From positions 33,731 to 97,730 of the forward strand of contig CAZYLV010000003.1 in assembly GCA_964648865.1 (NCBI GenBank): DNA of 64,000 nt, given 5' to 3'. This DNA is from an uncultured Gammaproteobacteria bacterium. GTDB taxonomy: Bacteria > Patescibacteriota > Patescibacteriia > 2-12-FULL-57-11. How positions within the stretch are numbered: position 1 is the stretch's first letter; each line of letters starts with the position of its first letter. The translations under genes and the position numbers were made by a program. Shown piece after piece: positions 49,964-59,502 of the stretch. Below the pieces are notes generated by a model, which worked only from the letters and a program-made list of their open reading frames with translations, did no database searches and was not told the origin of the DNA.

Positions 49964-50023
49964 GCTTCCTTCCTCCCAGGAAGAAAAGACCCTACCAGCG
50001 GATACGCATGTCGTCAACCCTGG

Positions 50024-50692
50024 TTACGCGAGGCGCGCCGCGATCCAGTCGGCGATTTCCTCGAGGAAATCGGGGTATGCCTCGAACATGCGCGTGCCAT
50101 GGCCGGCGTCCGCGAATCGCTTGACGTCCGTCCGCGCGAGCGAACGTTCCGCCAGCTTCTCCACCGCCGGACCGGAGATCTCGTCATCGGAACTGCTCGC
50201 CAGATACACGTGCCTATCACGTGTCAACGACTGGATGAGCGGCATGGTCGCGACGTCGCGGTAATTCAGGCCCGGGGACAGCGCGACGATGCCAGGCACC
50301 TCGGCATGCGCCGCGCCGTACTGGATCGCAAGGTTCGCGCCGATCGATGCGCCGACCAACACCAGCCGCGTGGTCGTGGCGCCATAGGCACGCTCCAGGA
50401 AAGCGACGGCCGCCTCGATATCCTTGATCTTCGCCTGATGTTCCGGATGCGTGAACGTCTGATAATCGAGCGTGCGCCCGTCCTTGGTGCGGCGGCTGCC
50501 TCCATGGCCGCGGAAGTCGATGGCCAGTGAGGAGACGCCGCGCGCCGCGAGCGCCTCCTGAAGGGGACCGTACGATTCCTTCGTGGCCGGCATCATGTGC
50601 AGCAACAGGGCCCAACGGCTCCCGTCCCCGACCTCGCGCACCAGGCCGTGGATGTCGACGCCGTCTTCCGTGGAAAACGAGACAGGTTTCAT
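50024..50692 (-). CDS. Alpha/beta hydrolase
   Basis: LLLHM, IDFRGHGGS, GASIG nucleophile elbow, GHGT. Confidence 0.9.
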   Translation of the reverse strand: MKPVSFSTEDGVDIHGLVREVGDGSRWALLLHMMPATKESYGPLQEALAARGVSSLAIDFRGHGGSRRTKDGRTLDYQTFTHPEHQAKIKDIEAAVAFLERAYGATTTRLVLVGASIGANLAIQYGAAHAEVPGIVALSPGLNYRDVATMPLIQSLTRDRHVYLASSSDDEISGPAVEKLAERSLARTDVKRFADAGHGTRMFEAYPDFLEEIADWIAARLA

Positions 50693-50709
50693 AACGAGAC
50701 AGGTTTCAT
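50676..50709. repeat. Perfect 17-bp tandem duplication at the hydrolase start
   Basis: AACGAGACAGGTTTCAT x2. Confidence 0.95.
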
Positions 50710-50730
50710 GGCGACGGGACAGGATGCATC

Positions 50731-52938
50731 TCACTCCACAGGTTCGGCGGGCGTCGACGTGGCACCCTGCAGACGGTCGATACGCGCGCGCAGCTCGCGG
50801 TTGTCCGGAGCCAGGGCGGCGGCGGCCTCGTACCAGCGCTGCGCGGCCGCGTTCTCCCCTTTCTGCTCCAACAGCTCGGCGATGCGGATGAGCGGCGTGG
50901 GATCCCCGCCGAGGAGCTGCGCGGCGCGGCGGGCAAGCGTCTCGGCCGCGGCCAGGTCGCCGTCCGCGCCCCGGCCGGTGAGCACGCCGGCGAGCAGGGT
51001 GAGCGGCGCGGCGTCGAGCGGCGCGGCCCGCACGCCGTCCTCGGCTGCGGCCACGGCCTCGTCCGTGCGGCCGGTCTCGATGAGCAGGGCCACGAGCCGC
51101 GCCCGTGCCGGGAAGACGGCCGGCGCCAGACCGACCGCCGCGCGGTAGGCCTCCTCCGCGCCGGCGGCGTCGCCGCGCAGGGAGCGCAGGTCGCCGAGGG
51201 CGATGGGGAACGTGGGGTTGGCGGGTTCCGCGGCGCGGGCGGCGGCGATCCAGGCGTCGAGCTCCGGGACGTCGCGGCCGGCGCGCACGGCCTGCATGCC
51301 GACGGTCACGGCGGCCTCGAGCAACGAGGCGCGGCCGGAGGACGCCGCCAGCCGGGCGCGGACAAGCGCCGCATCCAACGCGACGGTCGGGTCTTCCGCG
51401 GCGGCGGCGCGCTCCAGGGCGACCAGCGCGCCGACGGCATGGATCTCCGGCGGCGGGGTCCGGCCGAGCGCGGCGGCGTAGGCGGCTTCGGCATCGTCCG
51501 GCGTCCGCGACCGCAGGACGGCACCGAAGGCCCGGCCCGCGACGCAGGACCAGACGGTCGCGGCCAGGGCGATGGCCGCCAGCACGAGCAGCGCGGTACC
51601 GGTCCAGCCGAGCAGCAAGGCACGACGCCCGTCCTCGGTCTTCGCGGGCTTCTCCGTCTCAGGACGCGCACCGAGCAGCCAACCGACGCCGAGGGCGGAC
51701 ACGAACAGCCCGGCGGGGGGCACCATGCTCCAGGCGGCAGCGGCGACCAACGCGACGACGAGCGCGGCCATGCCGGCCGCCGCAAGACCGACATCGTCCG
51801 CGGGCGCGGTACGGCGGGCGAAGGCGCGCCGCACGCCACGCGCCGCCGGCACGGCCGCCGAGGTGCGGACCACGGAGACCAGCGACACGCCGACGAGCAC
51901 GAGGGACGCCGCGAGTCCCGCCAGGCCGAGGTCGTACAGCCATTGCAGGAGCACGTTCGGCGCCACCGGGAACCGCACGTTCCAGATGGCCGGACCGTTG
52001 AGCGATGCGGGCCGGACGCGGCCGAAGGCGTCGAGGAAGGTCCCCGGGCCGCTGCCGAAGACGGCGGCGAGCGGATCCTGACGCCAGAGGCCGGGGGCGG
52101 CGGCGAGCACGTCCATGGGGCGCAGATCCACCTCCGCCGGAACCGTGGCGACCAGCGGCGCAGGGAGACGCACCACGGCGAGCAGCAACGACACCGCGGC
52201 CAGCGCGAAGACGGCATTCGCCCCCGGCCGCCAGAGTCCGCCGAAGCGGCGCAACGCGGCGGCGAGCAGGACCACCAGCCCCAGGCACAGCACGCCCCAG
52301 ACGAGGCCGCGGTCCACGCGCACCAGGACGGCCAGGTGCAGCAGCGCCGACGCGACCCAGAGGGCGCGGGACGCGGGGGGCTGGCCGGCGCGGACGAGCG
52401 CGGCGGCGGCGATCACGATCGCCGGGAGGGAAAGCAGCGCGGCATGCGTCGGGACGGCCGCGGCGAAGGACAGCACGTCGCCGGAGGGCAGCGGCCACGA
52501 CGGGAAGAAGGTATGCAGCAGGAGCGACGCCTGGTGGAGACTCAGCGACGCGACGATCCCGACCGGGAGCGTGCGCCGTGCCGCAGGGACGCCGGCCGCC
52601 GGGACGGCCGCGGCCAGGGCGAGCAGCAGTGAGCCGGAGGCCGTCCAGAACACCGGACGGCCCCAGAACGCGGCCAGGACATCGCCCGAACGCAGGACCG
52701 AGACGAGCGTCACCAGAACGAAGGCGCCCAAGGCCGCTGCGGCGATCCGCGACGGTGGCCGCGCGGCGACGACCGGCAGGGCGCCCCACAGCGCGAGCAG
52801 GGACAACGTCAGGACGGCTGCGGCGCGCGCGGCGCCGATGTCGGCGGAGCCGGGGCCTACCCAGAACAACGCGGCGGCCAGTGCCGACAGGAGGAAGACG
52901 CCGGGCAGGTGCGGACGCGCGTCGGACAGGCGTTTCAT
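50731..52938 (-). CDS. O-antigen-ligase-like multi-TM protein with C-terminal TPRs
   Basis: Many TMs, FGSGPGTF, N..LQ.L...GL.G, TPR-like AE.AY..AV.L.P repeats. Confidence 0.75.
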   Translation of the reverse strand: MKRLSDARPHLPGVFLLSALAAALFWVGPGSADIGAARAAAVLTLSLLALWGALPVVAARPPSRIAAAALGAFVLVTLVSVLRSGDVLAAFWGRPVFWTASGSLLLALAAAVPAAGVPAARRTLPVGIVASLSLHQASLLLHTFFPSWPLPSGDVLSFAAAVPTHAALLSLPAIVIAAAALVRAGQPPASRALWVASALLHLAVLVRVDRGLVWGVLCLGLVVLLAAALRRFGGLWRPGANAVFALAAVSLLLAVVRLPAPLVATVPAEVDLRPMDVLAAAPGLWRQDPLAAVFGSGPGTFLDAFGRVRPASLNGPAIWNVRFPVAPNVLLQWLYDLGLAGLAASLVLVGVSLVSVVRTSAAVPAARGVRRAFARRTAPADDVGLAAAGMAALVVALVAAAAWSMVPPAGLFVSALGVGWLLGARPETEKPAKTEDGRRALLLGWTGTALLVLAAIALAATVWSCVAGRAFGAVLRSRTPDDAEAAYAAALGRTPPPEIHAVGALVALERAAAAEDPTVALDAALVRARLAASSGRASLLEAAVTVGMQAVRAGRDVPELDAWIAAARAAEPANPTFPIALGDLRSLRGDAAGAEEAYRAAVGLAPAVFPARARLVALLIETGRTDEAVAAAEDGVRAAPLDAAPLTLLAGVLTGRGADGDLAAAETLARRAAQLLGGDPTPLIRIAELLEQKGENAAAQRWYEAAAALAPDNRELRARIDRLQGATSTPAEPVE

Positions 52939-53384
52939 GGGCGGCTGAGGTTCTCGGAAATCAGGGACTCGATGTCGTCGACCCAACGGGCGTCGCCCGG
53001 CGTCGGCTCCTCGTCTTGCCGAGGAGCGGCCGGGGGGAGTGCCCGCGCATCGGACCGCGGCAGGGATGGCCGTGCGAAGGCACCGCGGATGAAGGCGGCC
53101 GCGGCGCGGTCGGCGGCGTCGGCGACCTCGATGCTGCCGAGCGCCACTCTCCCCCACCACAACGCCGCCGTCTCGGAGACGCGGAAGGCGAACTCGTCCC
53201 AGGCGGCGACGCCTCGGGTGAGTGCGCTGCGCGCATCGGCCAGCGGGTGCCAGCGGGAGACGGTCTGGACCGCGCGCCACGGCGCGGCCGCCACGTCGAT
53301 GCGCAGGTCCTCGAAGCCGCGCGCCGCGACAGGTGCGGGCAGGAGCACGGCGGCAAGCAGTACGGCGACGACGACCCCCCTCAT
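52935..53384 (-). CDS. Hypothetical exported protein
   Basis: Signal-peptide-like start; ATGA overlaps at both ends. Confidence 0.55.
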   Translation of the reverse strand: MRGVVVAVLLAAVLLPAPVAARGFEDLRIDVAAAPWRAVQTVSRWHPLADARSALTRGVAAWDEFAFRVSETAALWWGRVALGSIEVADAADRAAAAFIRGAFARPSLPRSDARALPPAAPRQDEEPTPGDARWVDDIESLISENLSRP

Positions 53385-55150
53385 GGCTGCGGCGGTCCGT
53401 CGAATTCGACCACTTCGCCCGGCGCCGGGCGGCCGCTCTTGGCCGAGAACGGCACCGGCTCCTGCTCCTTGAGCGCGGCAAGCGGCGCCGGCGGCTGCGC
53501 GGCCTCCTCGACGCGCTTGCGCTCGTCCTTGACGATCTTGAAGCAGTCGTCGCAGTAGTACGGGCGGCTGGGGTCCGGCTGGAAGGTCAGCTGGAGCTTC
53601 TTGCCGCAGCGTGCGCATGTGGCGTCGTGGAGCTTCTTGGCTTGCTTCGCCGGGGCGGGCGCCGACTTCTCGCCAGCGGGCGCCGGCTGGGGCGCGGGCG
53701 CTGCGGGCCTCGGGGCAGGCCGGGCAGGCGACGCGCTGCGGGGCGGCATCCGCCGCGCGGGAGCGGCGGATGCGGCACGCGGCGCCGGTCGCGGCGCGGC
53801 GCCCGTACGCGCGGGGGACGCGGCCGGCGTGCTGACGAAGGTCTCCCCGCCCGCCAGCCCGGACCACTGCAGGATCTTCTCCTCGATGACGGCGCGCGGC
53901 GTGGCGTAGCGCTCCCGCGACACCTTGATGACCTTGTCCGTGCTGCCGGTGCGGACGTTGATGGGCGGCAGCGTATTGGCGGAGAAGATCTCCGAGGCCA
54001 CGCCGTCGATCATCAGTTTGACGTAGACCTCGAACTTGGTGAGGTTGACAAGGTCCTCCGGCAGGAAACGCGGCGCCACCTCCTGCTCCAGGAACAGGGC
54101 GTCCGAGGCGCCGACGCGGAAGAAGACCATCGTGCCGACGTTGCCGAAGACGGCCGGCCGCACGTAGTCCTCGTCGAGCTGCTCGATGTACTGGTGGGCG
54201 ATGACCAGGTTGAGCCGGTACTTGCGCGCCTCGGAGAGGATGTTGGCGAAGCTGGCCGTGGCGAAGTTCTGGAACTCGTCGACGTACAGGTAGAAGTCGC
54301 GGCGGTCCTCCTCCGGCATGTCGACGCGCTCCATGGCGGCGAGCTGCAGCTTGGTGATGAGCATGCCGCCGAGCAGGCGCGAGGAGTCCTCGCCGATGCG
54401 GCCTTTGGCCAGGTTGATGATTAGGATCTTGCCCTCGTCCATGACCTGCCGCATGTCGATGGTCGACTTCACCTGGGCCACGATGTTGCGGATGATGGTC
54501 GCCGCCAGGAACTGTCCGACCTTGTTCTGGATCGGGGCGATGGCCTCGTTGCGGAAGCGGTCCTCCCAGCGCGCGTACTCGTCCTGCCAGAAGGCCTTGA
54601 CCACCGGATCCCTGACCACCGCGAGCACGCGCTTGCGGAACTCCTTGTCCACGAGGATGCGGTTGATGCCGAGCAACGTCGAGCCGGGGTACTCGAGCAG
54701 CGTCAGGATGCAGTTGTTGAGGATGTGCTCCATCCGCGGGCTCCAGACGTCGGGCCAGATCTTCTTGAAGACGCCCATCAGGCCCTGGGCCGCGAGCGGC
54801 CGGGTGCGCTCGTCCACGGCCTCGAGCACGTTGAAGCCGATCGGGAAGTCGAGGTCGGCCGGGTTGAAGTAGACGACGTCGTTGATGCGGTGCGCCGGGA
54901 TGAAATCCAGGAGCTTCTCGGCGGTGTCGCCGTGCGGGTCGACGTAGGCCACGCCATGCCCCGCGGCGATGTCGTTGAGGATCATGTTCTCGAGCAGGGT
55001 CGTCTTGCCCATGCCCGTCTTGCCGAGCACGTAGACGTGCCGGCGGCGGTCGTCGGTCTTGATGCCGAACTTCCGCCGGGCGTTGCGGAAGTTGGTCTCG
55101 GCGAAGAAGTTGATCTCGCTGTCGTGGTCGTGGTCGTACTGCAGCGCCAT
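53381..55150 (-). CDS. TraG/VirD4/HerA-like ATPase with C-terminal CxxC-x17-CxxC domain
   Basis: RRRHVYVLGKTGMGKT, VDPHGD, LYVDEFQ, SEARKY, AHQY; CARC...CDDC. Confidence 0.9.
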   Translation of the reverse strand: MALQYDHDHDSEINFFAETNFRNARRKFGIKTDDRRRHVYVLGKTGMGKTTLLENMILNDIAAGHGVAYVDPHGDTAEKLLDFIPAHRINDVVYFNPADLDFPIGFNVLEAVDERTRPLAAQGLMGVFKKIWPDVWSPRMEHILNNCILTLLEYPGSTLLGINRILVDKEFRKRVLAVVRDPVVKAFWQDEYARWEDRFRNEAIAPIQNKVGQFLAATIIRNIVAQVKSTIDMRQVMDEGKILIINLAKGRIGEDSSRLLGGMLITKLQLAAMERVDMPEEDRRDFYLYVDEFQNFATASFANILSEARKYRLNLVIAHQYIEQLDEDYVRPAVFGNVGTMVFFRVGASDALFLEQEVAPRFLPEDLVNLTKFEVYVKLMIDGVASEIFSANTLPPINVRTGSTDKVIKVSRERYATPRAVIEEKILQWSGLAGGETFVSTPAASPARTGAAPRPAPRAASAAPARRMPPRSASPARPAPRPAAPAPQPAPAGEKSAPAPAKQAKKLHDATCARCGKKLQLTFQPDPSRPYYCDDCFKIVKDERKRVEEAAQPPAPLAALKEQEPVPFSAKSGRPAPGEVVEFDGPPQP

Positions 55151-55153
55151 ACG

Positions 55154-56593
55154 CTAGACCGGAAGGTTCTCGGGCGGCGCGCCGGTGCCGGCCTGGGAGG
55201 GCGCCGGCTGCTGCTTGGGGCGGATCGGCGGGGCCGCGGGCTCCACGGGCAGACGCAGCGGCGGCTCGGCGCGCTTGGACTCGGCCTTCTTGACGGTCGG
55301 GGTCTTCACCAGGAGCGACGGGAAGTGCCAGAGCGACGCCAGCTCCTCGGTCGACAGGATGTAGGGCGTGGCGCCGCGGAAGTTATGCCGGTACTTGTAC
55401 GCCCAGAAGATGGACTTGATGCGCTCGTTGGTCGTCTTGTAGAACGTGCCGGACAGGTAGAAGAAGATCGGATTGAGCTGCCAGAAGTAATCGTACTTGG
55501 TGGTCACCGGGCCGTAGAAGCCGAGCTTGTTGAGGTTGAGGGTGGTGAACTGCTGCAGCGCGCCGCGCACGAAGGAGATGATCGTGCCGGTGCGGAAGTT
55601 CTTCTTGGGGGCGATGTAGATGAAGCGGATCTTGGTCTTGAGCCCGATCTTGGAGAGCTTCTGCTCGACGCGCTCCACGACGAACCGCTCGCCCGGGGAG
55701 AGGTGCAGCATCTGGGAGCGCGGCTCCTCCTTCTTCTGCTGCGGTTTGGCCGGCTCGCCGCCGATCAGCCCGGAGACGCCGATGTCCAGCGCTTGGAGCG
55801 GCAGGTCCATGGCCTTGTCGAGCGCCGTCACCTTGGGCGCGACCTTGGCGCCGATGAGCTTCTTGACCAAGGTCTCGCCGGCGTCCTTCCAGTCCTGGCT
55901 GCAGGTCGTCACCAGGATCTGCAGCCAGACCTGCTCGCCCGCGCCCAGCTTGGCCAAGCCCTCGAGCAGACCGGCCATGGGATCCTTGAACTCGCCCGAG
56001 ATGGGATCGCTGAAATCGAGGTAGGTCTTGATGGGGTAGAACTCCGGCTTGCTCGGCACGAACTCCGAGCCGAAGAAACCCCACTCCTTGTTCGGCCAGG
56101 GCCACTGCTGCGGCACGTTGAGCACGTAGTCCTCGACCTCGGTGATCTCCGCCTCGGGATACTGCGCGTAGATGGTGGCCTCGACGAGGTCGCGGTACTT
56201 CTCCCAGACGCGCACCAGGAACTGCACGTACCCTTCGATGGAGACGATCTCGAAGCTGAAGACGGGCGGCATCTTGCCGTCCCAGAACCGCTCCTTGCGC
56301 GTGAAGCTGGAGTGCGCGCCGAGGAGTTGGGCGAAGATGTTCTCGACGGCCTTGGGTGTCTGCTCCGTGGACTTGGGCACGTCGACCGCCAAGAGCACCG
56401 GGTTGACCGAGTTGATGAACAGGAACTGGCGCTCGTTGATCCAGATCCACCAGAAACCGCGCAGGAAGACGATGAGTACGGGGATCCAGCCGCCGGCGCG
56501 GAACAGCTCCCACATGACGATCACCGGATGCTGGGCGCCGAGCCAGTCGATATACGCCAGAAAGGCACCGACGTCGATGGAGATCATCGGCAT
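55154..56593 (-). CDS. Membrane-anchored partner of the TraG-like ATPase
   Basis: N-terminal TM; FSFEI, IYAQYPEAEI, YPIKTY, EELASLWHFP, AEPP..LP. Confidence 0.75.
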   Translation of the reverse strand: MPMISIDVGAFLAYIDWLGAQHPVIVMWELFRAGGWIPVLIVFLRGFWWIWINERQFLFINSVNPVLLAVDVPKSTEQTPKAVENIFAQLLGAHSSFTRKERFWDGKMPPVFSFEIVSIEGYVQFLVRVWEKYRDLVEATIYAQYPEAEITEVEDYVLNVPQQWPWPNKEWGFFGSEFVPSKPEFYPIKTYLDFSDPISGEFKDPMAGLLEGLAKLGAGEQVWLQILVTTCSQDWKDAGETLVKKLIGAKVAPKVTALDKAMDLPLQALDIGVSGLIGGEPAKPQQKKEEPRSQMLHLSPGERFVVERVEQKLSKIGLKTKIRFIYIAPKKNFRTGTIISFVRGALQQFTTLNLNKLGFYGPVTTKYDYFWQLNPIFFYLSGTFYKTTNERIKSIFWAYKYRHNFRGATPYILSTEELASLWHFPSLLVKTPTVKKAESKRAEPPLRLPVEPAAPPIRPKQQPAPSQAGTGAPPENLPV

Positions 56594-56615
56594 ATGCGCA
56601 ACCAGTATAACACAG

Positions 56616-56653
56616 GAAAGACAAAGGAGGGGCATGGTCCGCCATGCCCCTCC
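56616..56653 (-). terminator. Terminator after secF
   Basis: GGAGGGGCATGG-loop-CCATGCCCCTCC then TTTGTCTTT on the minus strand. Confidence 0.8.
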
Positions 56654-56665
56654 CGGTATGGATGC

Positions 56666-57562
56666 CTAGCGTCTGGCGGACCAGCGCTGCCAGGTCACGA
56701 GCAGCGGTGACGCCAGGAACATGGAGGAATAAGTGCCGACGCTGATGCCGATGATGAGCGCCAGGACGAACATCCGGGTGGACGCGCCGCCGAAGAGCGC
56801 CACGGCGGCCAGGACCAGCAGGGTCGTGAGCGAGGTGTTGAGCGAGCGGACGAAGGTCTGCCGCACGGAATCGGCGACCACCTGCTCGAAGTCGCCGGCA
56901 CCGCGGCGCCGCAGGTTCTCCCGGACGCGGTCGAAGACCACGATGGTGTCATGGACCGAGAAGCCGAGCACGGTCAGCAGCGCCGTGACGAAGAGCACGT
57001 CGACCTCGACCCCGGCGAAGGTCCCCAGCGCGGCGAAGACGCCGGTCGGGATGAGGACGTCGTGGATGAGCGCGACGATGGCCACGAGGCCGTACTTCCA
57101 GGAGGCCACCGGCTTGGAGACGTGGCGGAAGACGAAGGCGATGTACAGCACGATGGCGAGCACCACCAGCGCGATGGCACGCAGCGAGCGGCCGCGCAGC
57201 TCCGAGCCCACCGACGGTCCCACGGTCTGGTAGGACAGCTCGGCGACGGCGGCCTCGTCTTCGCCGCGCAGCGCCGCGAGCAGCGCCTTGCGGCTGGCGT
57301 CGTCCGTGGCCTGGTAGCGCAGGTTGGCCTCGCGCTCCCCCACCGGCTGCACCAGCACCGTGCCGATGCCCGCGCCGGCGGCCGCGGCCTCGATCTCCTG
57401 CACCGCAGGGCGGCCGTGCGCGAACTCCACCTGCAGCAGCGAGCCGCCGGTGAAGTCGATGCCCAAGCGCAGCCCCCAGACGCCGATCGCCAGGAGCGAC
57501 GCGGCCACCAGGATGCCGGAGATGGCGTACCAGAGCTTCCTCAATCGGATGATGTTCGGCAT
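56666..57562 (-). CDS. secF: Protein translocase subunit SecF
   Basis: LGIDFTGG, VGPSVG, HDV, GFSVHDTIVVFDRVRE, GTYSS. Confidence 0.97.
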   Translation of the reverse strand: MPNIIRLRKLWYAISGILVAASLLAIGVWGLRLGIDFTGGSLLQVEFAHGRPAVQEIEAAAAGAGIGTVLVQPVGEREANLRYQATDDASRKALLAALRGEDEAAVAELSYQTVGPSVGSELRGRSLRAIALVVLAIVLYIAFVFRHVSKPVASWKYGLVAIVALIHDVLIPTGVFAALGTFAGVEVDVLFVTALLTVLGFSVHDTIVVFDRVRENLRRRGAGDFEQVVADSVRQTFVRSLNTSLTTLLVLAAVALFGGASTRMFVLALIIGISVGTYSSMFLASPLLVTWQRWSARR

Positions 57563-57572
57563 AGGGATGGCG

Positions 57573-59309
57573 TCAGCCCTTCCGGACGCCCACGAGCCAG
57601 GCGTGCTTCTCCATCCACGGCCCGGCGATCGACAGCAGGAAGCCGCGCGTCACGAGGATGGCCGTGAACATGGACACCAGGATGCCGATGGCCAGCGTCA
57701 CGGCGAAGCCCTTGACCAGCGAGGTGCCGAGCCAGACCAGGATGGCGCAGGTGATGAGCGAGGAGACGTTGGAGTCGCGGATGGACAGCCAGGCGCGGCG
57801 GAAGCCCTCCTCGATGGCCTCGCGCACCGGCTTGCCGGACCGCAGCTCCTCCTTGAACCGCTCGAAGATGAGGATGTTGGCGTCCACGGCCATGCCGATG
57901 GACAGGATGAACCCGGCGATGCCCGCGAGCGTCAGCGTGACGTCGATACCCTTGAAGACCGCCAGGGTGAGCGCCGCGTAGACGGCCAGCGCCAGCGAGG
58001 CCACGAGCCCCAGGAAGCGGTAGAAGACGAGCATGAAGGCCACGACCAGCGCGAAGCCGATGAGCCCTGCCATGAGCGACTTCTCGAGCGAGGCGGCGCC
58101 GAGCGTCGGGCCGACGGTCTGCTGGGTGATGAGCGAGATGGGCACGGGGAGCGCGCCGGCGTTGAGGTTGCGCACCATCTGCTTGGCCTCGGGGATGGTG
58201 AAGGTGCCGGTGATCTGCGCCTCGCCGCCGAGGATCTCCTGCTGGACGATGGGGTCGGAGAGCTTGACGCCGTCCAGGAAGATGGCCAGCGGCCGGCCGA
58301 CGTTGCGCTTGGTGATGTCGGCGAACAGCTGGGCGCCCTCGGCGTCGAACTGCAGGCCGATCTGCACCGCACCCGTCTGCTGGTCGAAGAGCACGTTGGC
58401 GCGCTTGAGGTTCTTGCCGGTCAGGCCGCTGCCCTTCCATTCCTCGGGCGGGACGATGTCCGTCTCCGCGAGCTTGCCGATGAGGATGTGGCTGGCCTGC
58501 CATTCCGGCACGGTCGAGCCGAGGGTCTCGCCCTCCGTCGTCTCGACCTCAGGTCCTGCGACCTCGCGCTCGTCGGTCTTGAGGATGACGTGGTACCCGA
58601 ACTCCGTGGCCACCGGCGTCTTGGTGTATGCGCCCTTCTCGAGCCCGTCGACGGCCTGCTGGAACGCCGGAATCATCGCGCCTTGGCCGAACCAGCCCAG
58701 GTCGCCGCCCTGCTCCTTGCTGCCCGGGTCGTCCGAGAGTTCCTTGGCGAGCGCGGCGAAGTCCTCGCCCGCGTCGAGACGCGCGATGACCTCCTCGGCC
58801 TTCTTCTTGGCATCGGCGTCGCTCTCGGCGAGCTGCTGCCGCTCCTCTTCCGTGAGGGCGCGCGACGGCTCGGTGCTGACTTCCTTGAATTCCAGGAGCG
58901 GCGTCTCGCCGATCTTGCGGATGGCCTCCTCGACGTCCAGGATGCCGGCCAGGTCCACGATCAGCCGGTGGTCGTCGCCGACGATGGCCGTCTGCACCAG
59001 CGGCTCGGAGACGCCGAAGGCGTTGACCCGGCGCTCGATGACCTCACGGAGCCCGTTCAACTGCTCGCGCCGCTCGCCCTCGATGATGCCGGACATGTCG
59101 GCCTGGTAGACGAGATGCGAGCCGCCCTGCAGGTCGAGCCCGAGGCGGAACGGTTTGCTCGGGAAGCCGGCCACCGGGTACGCGAAGAGCGCGGCCAGGA
59201 CGCCGAACAGGATGACGCCCGCGGACAGCGCGCGGAAGCGCAGCGCGCCGCCGCGGAAGAACGAGGCCAACGGCGGACCGGATTTCCTGGAGGACTGGGG
59301 ATTCGCCAT
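57573..59309 (-). CDS. secD: Protein translocase subunit SecD with inserted parvulin domain
   Basis: LGLDLQGG, RRVNAFGVSEP, GALP, GMAVDANILIFER; insert FAALAKELSDD..GGDLGWF..FGYHVI. Confidence 0.96.
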   Translation of the reverse strand: MANPQSSRKSGPPLASFFRGGALRFRALSAGVILFGVLAALFAYPVAGFPSKPFRLGLDLQGGSHLVYQADMSGIIEGERREQLNGLREVIERRVNAFGVSEPLVQTAIVGDDHRLIVDLAGILDVEEAIRKIGETPLLEFKEVSTEPSRALTEEERQQLAESDADAKKKAEEVIARLDAGEDFAALAKELSDDPGSKEQGGDLGWFGQGAMIPAFQQAVDGLEKGAYTKTPVATEFGYHVILKTDEREVAGPEVETTEGETLGSTVPEWQASHILIGKLAETDIVPPEEWKGSGLTGKNLKRANVLFDQQTGAVQIGLQFDAEGAQLFADITKRNVGRPLAIFLDGVKLSDPIVQQEILGGEAQITGTFTIPEAKQMVRNLNAGALPVPISLITQQTVGPTLGAASLEKSLMAGLIGFALVVAFMLVFYRFLGLVASLALAVYAALTLAVFKGIDVTLTLAGIAGFILSIGMAVDANILIFERFKEELRSGKPVREAIEEGFRRAWLSIRDSNVSSLITCAILVWLGTSLVKGFAVTLAIGILVSMFTAILVTRGFLLSIAGPWMEKHAWLVGVRKG

Positions 59310-59393
59310 ATCGCGCGGCATGGTAACGGATGCCGCGGCATCCCTGCAAGCTTGGGCACTTGCCAAGCCCTGGAGGCGTGGTAGGTTGGGAGT

Positions 59394-59502
59394 GGTCACG
59401 GCATGCCCCGCCCCACCCCAACTACCCCGGGGTTCGCCGCGACCCCGCCGCTTCCGGTCTCGCAACCCTCCCCCCGAGAGACCGTGGAACGGCGGTTTTT
59501 CT
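59394..59502 (+). ncRNA. Candidate structured small RNA divergent from secD
   Basis: TTGCCA-16-TAGGTT upstream; nested hairpins; long stem CCGCCG..CGGCGG followed by TTTTT. Confidence 0.3.

Noticed and set aside
59400-59500. SRP RNA (ffs) next to secD
   Set aside because: The conserved domain IV motif (CAGG..GNRA..AGCAG) was not found on either strand; kept only as a generic sRNA candidate.
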